Source: a virus. Taken from it: a DNA stretch of 64,000 nt. Below the pieces are notes generated by a model, which was not told the DNA's origin, did not search any database, and worked only from the letters and a program-made list of their open reading frames with translations. Position numbers and translations under genes: made by a program. The stretch is taken from positions 32,001-96,000 of the IMG/VR virus record IMGVR_UViG_3300020429_000529. One strand, written 5' to 3'. Shown in pieces: positions 1 to 8,989 of this stretch; positions within the stretch are counted from its first letter, which is position 1, and each line of letters opens with the position of its first letter.

Positions 1-436
1 CTCTGATGTTACCCTCAACGAAGACTACTTTGTCAAACCCGTTTCTATCCGAGAAGTTGGTTCGGAAGAAATCGATGATGCGAGGTTCGATTTCGTACAC
101 AACGATTTCGTCAACATCATCTTCTTCCATCATTCGAAGAACGACGTACCCGAGACCGAGCCCGCCGACTGCCACCCGACCGTGTGCCTGCATGTAGGGG
201 ATGCAGTTCGATTGAACTTCCATGAATGAGAGGCTCATCCAGAGTCCGCCGTCGATGTAGAGGATCGGCATGGCGGGCGATTCGGATCGGAACTGGCTGT
301 TTAGGTAATCGTCGCAGCGGCCTTGTATGACCTTGCTGACGACTTTGACGCCCTTGCCGTCGTCGTACTCGCTGAGGCCGTAGAAAGCGACCTCAGCGGC
401 CATGTATTCGTCTGTGAATGGGTCGAAGAGCAGCAT
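1..436 (-). CDS. Spermidine-synthase-like class I SAM-dependent methyltransferase, partial (runs off left edge; absent from ORF track)
   Basis: Manual translation from ATG 436: MLLFDPFTDEY...LWMSLSFMEVQSN...GRVAVGGLGLGY...DEIVVYEIEPRII. Contains the GGLGLG SAM motif and acidic beta-2 residue; GAGGT RBS upstream. Confidence 0.75.
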   Translation of the reverse strand, partial: MLLFDPFTDEYMAAEVAFYGLSEYDDGKGVKVVSKVIQGRCDDYLNSQFRSESPAMPILYIDGGLWMSLSFMEVQSNCIPYMQAHGRVAVGGLGLGYVVLRMMEEDDVDEIVVYEIEPRIIDFFRTNFSDRNGFDKVVFVEGNIR

Positions 437-715
437 GGCTTTAGTTTACCTCTTTTCTCTGCCAGATCGTTTCACCAGTCAGTGTCAATCTCGCTTTTTC
501 TGCCACTGACGGATTTGACAGGAAACGGCGAATCGCATTTCAAATCCAGCAAAAACAGCAGGAAAATAGCTATAGAACGCCGTACCTGAAGATGCAAGAA
601 ATGTGGAAGACTGTCTCTGGTGAGTTCGTTCGTCGATACAATCAGAAGAGTTGTAAGAAATCTCACAAAAGGAGAATGGTTTGTCACATAGTATGAAATG
701 GAATAAAGCGATGCT

Positions 716-773
716 TTGACATCAATGGTTTTTCACTTAGAGTATTGACGTAGTTGGTCGTTCGTCGCACACT
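716..773 (+). promoter_or_regulatory. Tandem sigma70-like promoter candidates
   Basis: TTGACA(716-721)-N16-TAGAGT(738-743) and TTGACG(745-750)-N17-CACACT(768-773). Confidence 0.4.
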
Positions 774-779
774 CACTGA

Positions 780-1085
780 TGAAGGCAAGACCAAAGAGCA
801 AACAGCGAAAGCTTAGGAGTGAGGAAGGGCCAAGCAAATGCTTTGTTTGGCTTGCGATTCAAAAGAGCAATAATGACACTTGAATCGGCGTCTGATTAAG
901 GCATAACTCATTTGCAGCCTTTTCGAGACGTTTTCGAGTCTCCCAAGTCAGCGAGTGGTCCGCAGGGTAGAAAGCGGCGCAAATAGGCAATGTAGGCGAG
1001 GGCCTTACCCATGTAGAAGAAACGTCGCAATGTAAACAGTGAAACAGCCCTGTTCTGAGCAGAGAACAGGGCTGTTTCTATTCAA
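780..1085 (+). ncRNA. Candidate structured non-coding RNA
   Basis: ORF-poor segment with many helices (804-813 GAAA tetraloop, 828-852, 855-862/880-887, 925-942, 789-793/956-960, 965-969/1006-1010), between promoter-like sites and a 16-bp hairpin. Confidence 0.35.
1041..1078. terminator. Perfect 16-bp inverted repeat, probable bidirectional terminator
   Basis: GAAACAGCCCTGTTCT-GAGCAG-AGAACAGGGCTGTTTC, between convergent units. Confidence 0.6.
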
Positions 1086-1101
1086 CGATACGATCTGGTG
1101 G

Positions 1102-1464
1102 TTAGATGTTGATAGGAGAGACAGACGTAACCTTACCAGATTCTTCGTCGAACTCCACGATGGCAAGCTTCTTGTTCTGAACTTCCGCATCGCGAGCATG
1201 TGTAAGCAGGAAGATACCTCTCGAAAGTACGCTTGGAATCGGAGCCTCAAAGTAACGAGACAGATTCTCCATCAGAGCCATCTGTTTTTCGTGACAATGT
1301 AGGACAATGGTCGTTCCAGACGACTGAGAGTCTTGCGTATTGTGGGGTTGTGCCTCTGGTTCCACCCGTCTTGGGACAGGAACAGGAGATGCAAAGGCTG
1401 ACTGAAGCATGCTCCAAAACTTACTCAAAGGAGACCTCCTTGCGGGTTTCGAGGCAAGTTGCAA
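1102..1464 (-). CDS. Putative ribbon-helix-helix-type DNA-binding protein
   Basis: C-terminal TTIVLHC..KQMALMENLSRYFEAPIPSVLSRGIFLL..A.DA...KKLAIVE fits a strand-helix-helix pattern; phage promoter motif immediately upstream; start uncertain. Confidence 0.45.
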   Translation of the reverse strand: MQLASKPARRSPLSKFWSMLQSAFASPVPVPRRVEPEAQPHNTQDSQSSGTTIVLHCHEKQMALMENLSRYFEAPIPSVLSRGIFLLTHARDAEVQNKKLAIVEFDEESGKVTSVSPINI

Positions 1465-1472
1465 TGATCTCT

Positions 1473-1499
1473 ATTTCGCATTCTTGCGTATATGTCCTT
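1473..1499 (-). promoter_or_regulatory. Phage promoter motif
   Basis: AAGG-N15-TGCGAAAT, 8 nt before TTG 1464. Confidence 0.55.
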
Positions 1500-1556
1500 G
1501 CCGCTAATTTGCACATCGTCCAAGAAAGCGCAAATACTTTGCTGCGTGACTTGCTC

Positions 1557-1583
1557 AAGATGTGGTAATCAGACGATCGATAT
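1557..1583 (+). promoter_or_regulatory. Phage promoter motif
   Basis: AAGA-N15-ATCGATAT upstream of gene at 1618. Confidence 0.45.
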
Positions 1584-1617
1584 GACCGTATCTGAGGTAC
1601 ATATCGGAGTGACAAGC

Positions 1618-2007
1618 ATGATGACCCAAGACCAACACGAGGAAACGTCCGCAGAGTTTCTTGTAAGCTTTGTCAACAATCGTCGTGAGGACATTCTTTG
1701 TGGCCGTCTTGATGGCGAAGATCCGCATCCAGAACTGATAACTCACATCTGGAACATGGCCTGGTGCTTTTTTGATAATGCGCTGACGGAAATGGACATC
1801 AAGCGGCCTCCCAATACCGCAGCATTCTGCGATGTCCTGGATTACGCAGATATGGTCATTCTTGAGAAGATGGCTGAGATGCGACCCGATCTGTTGAACA
1901 AGGACTGGCAGGGTCGATGGGAGATCGCAGGCACTTACGGTAATGACGAACCTGAATGGGGCTCTGCAGAGTGGTCTCCCGACGATGACGAGCATTTTGC
2001 CGTCTGA
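1618..2007 (+). CDS. Hypothetical protein
   Basis: ORF with GGAG RBS before ATG 1618 (track start 1492 probably too long). Confidence 0.65.
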   Translation: MMTQDQHEETSAEFLVSFVNNRREDILCGRLDGEDPHPELITHIWNMAWCFFDNALTEMDIKRPPNTAAFCDVLDYADMVILEKMAEMRPDLLNKDWQGRWEIAGTYGNDEPEWGSAEWSPDDDEHFAV

Positions 2008-2011
2008 AACG

Positions 2012-2038
2012 AAGGGAAACTTTGCAAATAGTCGAAGT
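2012..2038 (+). promoter_or_regulatory. Phage promoter motif
   Basis: AAGG-N15-GTCGAAGT. Confidence 0.6.
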
Positions 2039-2067
2039 TCATAGTGCGACCCTATGGAGATTGCAAT

Positions 2068-2346
2068 ATGAACTGGTACTCAAATCTTAGAAAGACCGCT
2101 CAGTTTGGCGGCGAAGAAGTCGTCGATGATGGTATCTCTATTGATTCGCGTCCTCGTCGATATCGGGGATCGATCATCTTTGAGGTACGAGTTCCTGACG
2201 GCCAAGACCAATCGATCAACAACGAAAGAGCCAGAGAAGCCGCTGAGGATCTGTTGAGCAGACTTCAGGGTCATGTGGGCGACGAGGTTCTGTTTGTTGA
2301 TGAAAACTCGCTGACGGACATCAGCGGTCCCGGTCTGCCTGGCTAA
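2068..2346 (+). CDS. Small protein with N-terminal MNWY...KTAQ tag (putative internal virion protein)
   Basis: GGAGA RBS then MNWYSNLRKTAQFGG. Confidence 0.7.
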   Translation: MNWYSNLRKTAQFGGEEVVDDGISIDSRPRRYRGSIIFEVRVPDGQDQSINNERAREAAEDLLSRLQGHVGDEVLFVDENSLTDISGPGLPG

Positions 2347-3044
2347 CGATTCAGAACAATCGTAGCCTCTTCATCAGTTCGGATAACCTGCGCCTTGGGG
2401 TCGCATTCCTTGGCGAATGTCCAAATGCTTTGATCTGAGAACTCGTGAGCCCTGGCGAAGAACTCGTCATTGGGATTGTTGTTGATTGGGACGATTGCAA
2501 TGATTCGTCCTCCTTCATTGAGTCTTTGATAGCATTCGAGTACGAACCCGTATGGGCAGAAAACGTATTCGAGAGTTTCATATAGAACGATGTTGTCGAA
2601 CCGATGGTTTTTGGGATACTTCTGAAGCGTAGTGCGTTTGAAGTAGGGCTTTTCTTCCCAATATGCTTCGTAGACCATATCGTTGTCAATGCCGTAGGCT
2701 TCGACGCCGTTCTCTCGAAGCTTCTCTACCGACTTGCCGCTTTCGCAGTTGACATCGAGTACCGTTTTGCCGGTTAGATGAGGAGTAGCAAGCTCGATCC
2801 GATGATTGCAACGGATGGTTTCTTCTTGGAAATGAATGCCGGTAAGAGCGTCTTGGAGTCGAAGGTTCTTGAGCTTGTAGAGCTTGTTGTCGTATCTCTT
2901 GCGGATATCTTGTAGACCTCTCTGGTCTGCGGCGCTAAAGATATGACCGCACTTCTGACAGACGAAGTACGAGTAGAAGTGCATGCCGATGTCGAATGTG
3001 TTTTTGTGTCCGCAGATGAAGCACGGAGAAGTGTCGGTTTTCAT
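2343..3044 (-). CDS. Class I SAM-dependent methyltransferase-like protein with N-terminal Zn ribbon
   Basis: CxxC...CxxC; VLDVNCESG (degenerate motif I); FDNIVLYETLEY; LNEGGRIIAIVP. Confidence 0.7.
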   Translation of the reverse strand: MKTDTSPCFICGHKNTFDIGMHFYSYFVCQKCGHIFSAADQRGLQDIRKRYDNKLYKLKNLRLQDALTGIHFQEETIRCNHRIELATPHLTGKTVLDVNCESGKSVEKLRENGVEAYGIDNDMVYEAYWEEKPYFKRTTLQKYPKNHRFDNIVLYETLEYVFCPYGFVLECYQRLNEGGRIIAIVPINNNPNDEFFARAHEFSDQSIWTFAKECDPKAQVIRTDEEATIVLNR

Positions 3045-3051
3045 ACTGGTT

Positions 3052-3078
3052 GTATCGGCTACGAGAGACGGATAGCTT
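3052..3078 (-). promoter_or_regulatory. Phage promoter motif, leaderless arrangement
   Basis: AAGC-N15-GCCGATAC-N7-ATG(3044). Confidence 0.6.
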
Positions 3079-3670
3079 GATCGATGATGTCGTCAAGAAT
3101 GGTCTCTGAAGCGTACCAACCGACAGGTCCGCCAGTAATGAAATCCTGAACGTATTCGTTGTAGGCGTTTCGCCATTTGCTTCGGTCATCATTTGATGCG
3201 CGGCAAAGTCTTTTGCGAGTAAGGCCCGTTGCTTCTTTGGCATGAGCTTCCGCTTCTTTGCGCAGGTCAGCCCATTCGGAGACGGTTTCGGTAATCGGTC
3301 CCCAGTGCAGAAGCCGTTCATCTTGGGAAATGGCCCATTGATCGATATTGAACTGGCTGAACTTGAGGTATTTCTTGGTGAAGGAGACCGCTCGCGGGTT
3401 GAACCCCTCGTCTTCAAGCTCGTTGGAAGGGATCTCAAACGCTCCGAACGGCGTTTTATCGATCGCGAGAAGGTCGCCCGAGTTGAAGTTGCACCTGACC
3501 AGAAGGTCAACGTCTTTGATGTTGAACTTAGGATTGGATATGTTCTCAGCGAACGATCCCCAGACGTAAACGCCTTCTACGTCTGGCAGCGCAGCGATTT
3601 CCGCCGCTGCTTGGCGGATGTATTCGTCGGCGTCCCCGACAGTCGGCATGGCTCTTTCGTACCAGCGCAT
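3059..3670 (-). CDS. Pol-beta superfamily (minimal) nucleotidyltransferase with N-terminal WY tag
   Basis: VEGVYVWGSFA...KDVDLLV (GS...DxD signature); starts MRWYERA. Confidence 0.8.
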   Translation of the reverse strand: MRWYERAMPTVGDADEYIRQAAAEIAALPDVEGVYVWGSFAENISNPKFNIKDVDLLVRCNFNSGDLLAIDKTPFGAFEIPSNELEDEGFNPRAVSFTKKYLKFSQFNIDQWAISQDERLLHWGPITETVSEWADLRKEAEAHAKEATGLTRKRLCRASNDDRSKWRNAYNEYVQDFITGGPVGWYASETILDDIIDQAIRLS

Positions 3671-3679
3671 GAATCAGAG

Positions 3680-3705
3680 TATGCGAAAATCGCAGTCTCT
3701 TCCTT
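3680..3705 (-). promoter_or_regulatory. Phage promoter motif (variant)
   Basis: AAGG-N14-TTCGCATA, 9 nt before ATG 3670, no SD. Confidence 0.45.
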
Positions 3706-3798
3706 CTTTCGTCACCGGATCGTTTTCTTCTGCACTCGTTTGAGGCGTAGCAAGTGCAGCGATTTTGCGGTAGAATGGTTCTGCTGTTCGAAGACAGG

Positions 3799-4290
3799 AT
3801 GATCTTGAGCATGGAAACGAACGATCGAAAACAAGAATACCTGATTACGCTTGCCGAGGAGATTTCCAACGGCATTATGCGAGCGGAACAAGTCATTTGG
3901 TCGCTTCTGTCTGTCAAGGCGGAGCTATTCTCGGGGCACATGGAAACGTTCGTCCCGATACCGGATTCGTTCAAGCGAGCATTCGATCAAGTCATCAGGG
4001 ACAACAAAATCGCCAAACGAAGACTTGAAGTTTTCCTGCGGCAAGTCGAATACGCTGACGCCAGCGATATGAACGAGACGGAGTTTGACCTCATCAAGCT
4101 GCAGAGCCTTGAGGTGGGGCACCTGCTCCGTTTGGGCGCAGAGAACGCCGCTGAGCTTCAACCGATGGTCGGGCAGATCAGAAGAAGCTACGAGGCCGCT
4201 TGCAGTGGACCTCTGGGACTGGGAAGCGATTGGGTCGATACACCCTTGGAAGACGATTCTGAGGATGACCCATGGCAGCAACCAACGTAG
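3799..4290 (+). CDS. Hypothetical helical protein
   Basis: ORF overlapping thyX start; start 3799 or 3811. Confidence 0.6.
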   Translation: MILSMETNDRKQEYLITLAEEISNGIMRAEQVIWSLLSVKAELFSGHMETFVPIPDSFKRAFDQVIRDNKIAKRRLEVFLRQVEYADASDMNETEFDLIKLQSLEVGHLLRLGAENAAELQPMVGQIRRSYEAACSGPLGLGSDWVDTPLEDDSEDDPWQQPT

Positions 4291-5267
4291 CAGAACGCAG
4301 ACAAACTGATTATCCCGAACCTGCGAAGGCGCATGACGCCTTCAGTGTTTACAAGATACACGATCACGGGTTTGTTCGTCTTGTAGACGCAATGCCTTCG
4401 CCTACTGATGCAGAGGCTCCAACCGCTGATGCTGCGATTGTTCAAGCGGCGCGGGTTTCATACGGATCGGGCACTAAAACCGTTCGAGAAGACGCCGGTC
4501 TGATCGACTATCTCATGCGTCACCGGCACACGACGCCGTTTGAGATGGTTGAGTTGAAGTTCCATGCTCGTATGCCCATGTTTGTCGCAAGACAATGGAT
4601 ACGACATCGTACCGCGAACGTCAATGAGTATTCAGCCAGGTATTCTGTAGTCAAAGACTGTTACTATGTTCCTGACGTAGATATCTGTCAGGGACAGAGC
4701 AACACGAACAAACAAGGCAGCGAAGGACAGATAGCTTCTCCCGAAGTTGCTCGTCGTCTTATCATGGAAATGTCTGATGAGGCATTTCATCGTTACTGTA
4801 TCCTGTTGCAGCAGAAGGATTACGAGACAACGGACAAGCGATTTGGAGACGACCTGGCTCATATGGGGTTGTCAAGAGAGCTTGCTCGCATGGTTCTGCC
4901 GCTCAACTACTACACAGAATGGTATTGGAAAGTTGACCTGCACAATCTGTTTCACTTTTTGAGTTTGCGAGCGGATAGCCATGCTCAGTATGAAATCCGA
5001 GCATATGCAGACGCCATGCTTGAGATTACAGAGAAAATCGCCCCCGCAGCGACCGCTTCGTTCAGAAATCACAGAATGAACGGTATGCATCTTTCAGGAG
5101 ATGAAGTAGATTTCCTGAAGAGTTTTGTTGATGTTCTGCAGCCTGACAACGAGTCGTCTTCAGGGTTGTCAAATCTTCTTGACCAGGCAGAAATGTCGAA
5201 GGGAAGGAAGAGGGAGTTGGTCTCGAAGCTTCGAAGGATAGTAGGAGACTTCGATTACCAACCGTAA
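4272..5267 (+). CDS. thyX: Flavin-dependent thymidylate synthase
   Basis: AARVSY, HTTPFE, RHRx7S motif (RHRTANVNEYSARY), RELARMVLP. Confidence 0.97.
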   Translation: MAATNVAERRQTDYPEPAKAHDAFSVYKIHDHGFVRLVDAMPSPTDAEAPTADAAIVQAARVSYGSGTKTVREDAGLIDYLMRHRHTTPFEMVELKFHARMPMFVARQWIRHRTANVNEYSARYSVVKDCYYVPDVDICQGQSNTNKQGSEGQIASPEVARRLIMEMSDEAFHRYCILLQQKDYETTDKRFGDDLAHMGLSRELARMVLPLNYYTEWYWKVDLHNLFHFLSLRADSHAQYEIRAYADAMLEITEKIAPAATASFRNHRMNGMHLSGDEVDFLKSFVDVLQPDNESSSGLSNLLDQAEMSKGRKRELVSKLRRIVGDFDYQP

Positions 5268-5275
5268 AGGGCAGT

Positions 5276-5887
5276 ATGTATTTTGTCGTTGACCTTGAAG
5301 CTACCTGCTGGGAAAGACGAAAGGCCAGGGACAGAAACGAAATCATTGAGATTGGACTGGTAGTTTGTAATGACGATGGCGAGTCCATCGGTTCCTATCA
5401 GTCTTTCGTCAAACCTCGTTTCACTCCCAGGCTTTCGAGCTTTTGCAAGCGACTCACAAAGATCGACCAAAAGTGGATCGACGAAGCGCCTCCGCTGCGC
5501 GAAGTTTTGTCATTCATGCTTGGCGACATTGAAAACAAATATGAGATTAGTTCTCAAGAGACTCCTTGGGCCGCTTTTGGCAACTGGGACAAGAAATGCT
5601 TGCAGAGAGACTGCGAGAGGAATGATACGCTCTTCCCTTTTGGTCGATGTATAGATCTGAAATCTCTGTATACAAACTTCAGCGGTTGCGACCAATGCGG
5701 TTTGAGAGCGGCTGTAAAAAGAGAAAAACTACAGTGGGAAGGCAAACATCACAGGGCGCTTGACGATGCGATCAATGCTGCAAAGCTTGCTCGCATTTTG
5801 GTCACGCCAGAAATACTGAAGCTCGCCCGCGAGGAAGAGATCTATGCCACAGACGAATACGGAATGGACATTATCCCCGACGATTGA
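5276..5887 (+). CDS. DEDDh 3'-5' exonuclease (ERI-1/KapD-like)
   Basis: VVDLEATCW, EIIEIG, FGNWD, HHRALDDA. Confidence 0.92.
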   Translation: MYFVVDLEATCWERRKARDRNEIIEIGLVVCNDDGESIGSYQSFVKPRFTPRLSSFCKRLTKIDQKWIDEAPPLREVLSFMLGDIENKYEISSQETPWAAFGNWDKKCLQRDCERNDTLFPFGRCIDLKSLYTNFSGCDQCGLRAAVKREKLQWEGKHHRALDDAINAAKLARILVTPEILKLAREEEIYATDEYGMDIIPDD

Positions 5888-6929
5888 TCGTCGCCCGATT
5901 GCGGTCATCAATGCATACGGACACAACACAAGTCCTTGCTCAACTGACGATGACTATCCCGAAGAGATTGAGAGGTACGGAGCATGTTGGTGGCGAGGCC
6001 CCAATGCTACGACTAATCTCATCAGCAGGATTCAGGGTCACTACGATGCTGGTTATCGCCGCATTATGATGAACCGTCCCAACGGAACAACGGAGCATCC
6101 TCTTGTTCCGAGTCCGATTTGGGGAGCGTTGTTCGACTATAAGAAGGCGCAATGGCTCGATGAACTCAAGGAATACTTGACCTCGATGCCCGATCTCGAT
6201 TTTGGTATCTACTACGGTTTTCGCCCGACAAGTTCTTGCGAAAGCTTTGATATGTCAAGTTCGAACATTCGAGTTCCAGATCTTACAAGACGAGAAGACG
6301 TTGAATGGTACAAGTGCAACTATGGCCCTCTAAGGGACATAGGGGTTAAGTTCTTGATTCTTGATACAGCGGCAAGCGATTCTAACAGAGGCGCTTTTGA
6401 GGAACTTGCTGCAATCATGTGGTCTCATGGCATCAAGCTTATGGGCGAAGCTATTCCTAAGCTACAGAATCAGACTCTTCCTAATGGGCAGACTGGTAAC
6501 TTAATTGATTCTGATGCTCTTGATCGAGGCTCATACATCTTCCTTGAACAGCATATTCGAAATGGCGCTGCAAACCAGAATGGTTGGCCGTATTGGGAGA
6601 TTGATTCATCAACCCAAGAGGCTCATCTGATGTTGCAGGGTAACTCGAATCTTGGAACCGATGTTCAAACGCCAGATTCAGAGAACTTTCTTCAAGACTG
6701 GTTTTCAAGAGGCTTTACGGTAAGCGTCTGGAATGTCGGAGCATGGTTTTACAACTATGTTATACAGACTTTCGGAGGTTCGGGAGTCGGCATTGATATG
6801 CCAACAGGATTCCCGTTTATAGCTGGTCAGTTTGGGCATAGTATCGGTTCTCAATCAGGAACCGTTGTTTCAGGAAGCACCACGGCTTCGGCGCAGACTG
6901 GATCTACGCAAATACAACAGAACTTTTAG
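5844..6929 (+). CDS. Hypothetical protein, possible TIM-barrel/glycoside-hydrolase-like
   Basis: 361-aa ORF, alternating beta/alpha pattern, aromatic-rich; function not established. Confidence 0.55.
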   Translation: MPQTNTEWTLSPTIDRRPIAVINAYGHNTSPCSTDDDYPEEIERYGACWWRGPNATTNLISRIQGHYDAGYRRIMMNRPNGTTEHPLVPSPIWGALFDYKKAQWLDELKEYLTSMPDLDFGIYYGFRPTSSCESFDMSSSNIRVPDLTRREDVEWYKCNYGPLRDIGVKFLILDTAASDSNRGAFEELAAIMWSHGIKLMGEAIPKLQNQTLPNGQTGNLIDSDALDRGSYIFLEQHIRNGAANQNGWPYWEIDSSTQEAHLMLQGNSNLGTDVQTPDSENFLQDWFSRGFTVSVWNVGAWFYNYVIQTFGGSGVGIDMPTGFPFIAGQFGHSIGSQSGTVVSGSTTASAQTGSTQIQQNF

Positions 6930-7768
6930 GGCGAGATGGATTGCATCATCTCGACAAGCATGTTGTCTCGGTTGCCTGTCTGGTTTTCGCGGAACCATCT
7001 TGAATCCATCATCTCTTCAGCCGCCCAGTTGTAGTCTTGTTGTCGAAGGGCCTTCTGTAGCTCTTTGAATCCCCGGAGACGAGGGCCTCCCATGTTGTAG
7101 GCCATGTCGATGATGACTTTCTGAGCGGTTGGATGCAGGTTATTGAGTCCTCCGCTAAACTCGTTCGCAATATCGTATGCTTCTTTGATTACATGATTAC
7201 GAAGACTGTCGGCATCTGATCGAGTGATTGCTTCTGAGCCATCATGAACAGCTTGGAAGTTGTGACCAAGATTTTCAATAAGCTGACGAGCATCAGGACG
7301 GTTTAGGTTGAATCCAAACCCGATCGATCGGTTTGTTGGCGTGTCTTGATACGAGTAGGGTTCAAACCCTTCGTTGTCAGAAACAAACTCAGCCATCTCT
7401 TCAAAAGAGATCAAGGAGTTAGACTGCCTGGGCTGTTCGGCCTGAGGTTCTGGTTGCGGCGCAGCTTCAGGCGCGGGCTGCTGAATCTGCGGAGCCTGAT
7501 AAAGTTGCTGAGCTTGAGGTTGCGTTATTTGCTGAGCAGGTCGAGACTGTATAGTCTGAATCACCTGCCTGGGGATTTGCTGAAGTTGGGCTTCGGCAAC
7601 ATCTGGCTGTTGCTCGACCATTTGCCTTGCTTGTTGAGCAGGCATCCCAAAATAGATGGCGAGAAGCATGACAGATCCTCCGATTCCAAGAGTTGAAAGG
7701 AGGGTCGTGTTGAACTGTCGCCAGTTCCAGTCGCCATCTGCTTGAATTTGCCGATACCAGTTCTGCAT
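6926..7768 (-). CDS. GH24/T4-like lysozyme with N-terminal WY tag, hydrophobic helix and Q/P linker
   Basis: EGFEPYSYQDTPTNRSIGFGFNL; DMAYNMG; AAEEMMDSRWF; start 7768 (MQNWYRQIQA) preferred over 7774. Confidence 0.9.
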   Translation of the reverse strand: MQNWYRQIQADGDWNWRQFNTTLLSTLGIGGSVMLLAIYFGMPAQQARQMVEQQPDVAEAQLQQIPRQVIQTIQSRPAQQITQPQAQQLYQAPQIQQPAPEAAPQPEPQAEQPRQSNSLISFEEMAEFVSDNEGFEPYSYQDTPTNRSIGFGFNLNRPDARQLIENLGHNFQAVHDGSEAITRSDADSLRNHVIKEAYDIANEFSGGLNNLHPTAQKVIIDMAYNMGGPRLRGFKELQKALRQQDYNWAAEEMMDSRWFRENQTGNRDNMLVEMMQSISP

Positions 7769-7775
7769 ACCCATA

Positions 7776-7802
7776 TATTCGGCTTTGGGGCCGAGCTTCC
7801 TT
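7776..7802 (-). promoter_or_regulatory. Phage promoter motif, leaderless arrangement
   Basis: AAGG-N15-GCCGAATA-N7-ATG(7768). Confidence 0.7.
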
Positions 7803-7831
7803 CAACTTTTGTGTCGAAGGACTTTTGATGT

Positions 7832-7858
7832 AAGGTTTGAAAGGGAATTGGTCGATTA
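7832..7858 (+). promoter_or_regulatory. Phage promoter motif (divergent partner)
   Basis: AAGG-N15-GTCGATTA. Confidence 0.6.
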
Positions 7859-7896
7859 GACCATTAAGAGAGCGAGCGAAAATGGGAGATGACGAC

Positions 7897-8211
7897 ATGA
7901 AGACCGCCAACAAGGAAAGCCAACTGAAGATCGATGCCATGGAGCAGGCGTCTCAGCTTATTGACGCTATGCGGGCTGCCAAGACGAATCCCGTCGTCAA
8001 GATCGATGGAGAGACCCTGAGGGTCTACAAAGAGCTTGAGGAATGGGGCTGGTTTGAGCAGTTCCCCATCGAAGATCAGAAGAACGACTGGATGTATCGA
8101 ACCATGCTGGCGATGACGCAGTACCGCCATCTCCGCTGGGCAAAAGAGCATCCTCCCAAGCCTCAAAAGAGCAAGTGGGAAGTCGTTATGGGCAAAAAGC
8201 CTCGCAGATGA
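7897..8211 (+). CDS. Hypothetical protein
   Basis: GGAG RBS before ATG 7897 (alternative 7882). Confidence 0.65.
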   Translation: MKTANKESQLKIDAMEQASQLIDAMRAAKTNPVVKIDGETLRVYKELEEWGWFEQFPIEDQKNDWMYRTMLAMTQYRHLRWAKEHPPKPQKSKWEVVMGKKPRR

Positions 8212-8423
8212 ATCAGGTAGTAGCCGTTACATTTTTGGGCGGACTCGACTATCGAGGGTATGAAGTTACGCATCTGCTGTATGAAAAGCAGATCAAACAC
8301 AAGTTTGTTTACATCGAAGATGACTACATACTTCGTCTTCATGGGTTGCGGGAGCTTCAAGGCTTCGAGTCGATAGTTAAATACCTGGAAAGGTACGAAT
8401 ACATTGCTGATCTCTGGTGTTAG
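8208..8423 (+). CDS. Small hypothetical protein
   Basis: ATGA overlap with upstream stop. Confidence 0.55.
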   Translation: MNQVVAVTFLGGLDYRGYEVTHLLYEKQIKHKFVYIEDDYILRLHGLRELQGFESIVKYLERYEYIADLWC

Positions 8424-8757
8424 TGCGCTCGCTTTCTTCATCATGGCCGTCATTGCGGCCTTTGGTATGGCCGTGATTGTCGTCGAGAAGGGCGACGAAT
8501 GGCCTGCGAAGCTTGGCGTTGGCCCTATTCGTTTTCTTCTATCGCTGATCTATCCAAAGTTTGCAGAAATGTTTGACTGTCCGGTTTGCACAGCATTCTG
8601 GACAGGTTTGATAGCAGATTTTGTCATTTTTCTCATATCGGGTTACGCTTACTTCTTGTGGCCCCTGACTGGTTTTGCGGCATCAGGGATGGCGTGGCTG
8701 GCGTATGAGCTTCTTGGCGTTTTGGATGACGGCGATAGCGGAGATGAGACCGAATAA
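8404..8757 (+). CDS. Small membrane protein (DUF1360-like CPxC..FW motif)
   Basis: 3-4 hydrophobic segments; MFDCPVCTAFWTG. Confidence 0.65.
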   Translation: MLISGVSALAFFIMAVIAAFGMAVIVVEKGDEWPAKLGVGPIRFLLSLIYPKFAEMFDCPVCTAFWTGLIADFVIFLISGYAYFLWPLTGFAASGMAWLAYELLGVLDDGDSGDETE

Positions 8758-8989
8758 CCATATCCGAATTGCTGGTCTCGGCGTATCTTGGCCCGAGGGC
8801 TATTCGTGGATCTACAAAGAAAAGCTCGATGAAGTAGGTCTTTGCGCCAAAGTCATCGAATGTAGAAAAAGCAAGAAAGAGTATGTGGCATACTCGCATC
8901 GCCCGTTCACCAAATCTGAAGCGGACCTGGTGCTAAGTCTCTTGCTGGATGGAGAAACGGATGAAATGGGCGAGGAAGAACAGAGTTAG
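8744..8989 (+). CDS. Hypothetical protein
   Basis: Fills operon gap, overlaps both neighbours. Confidence 0.5.
   Translation: MRPNNHIRIAGLGVSWPEGYSWIYKEKLDEVGLCAKVIECRKSKKEYVAYSHRPFTKSEADLVLSLLLDGETDEMGEEEQS

Noticed and set aside
818-835. GAGGAAGGGCC resembling RNase P conserved region I
   Set aside because: No matching CR-V/P4 partner found downstream
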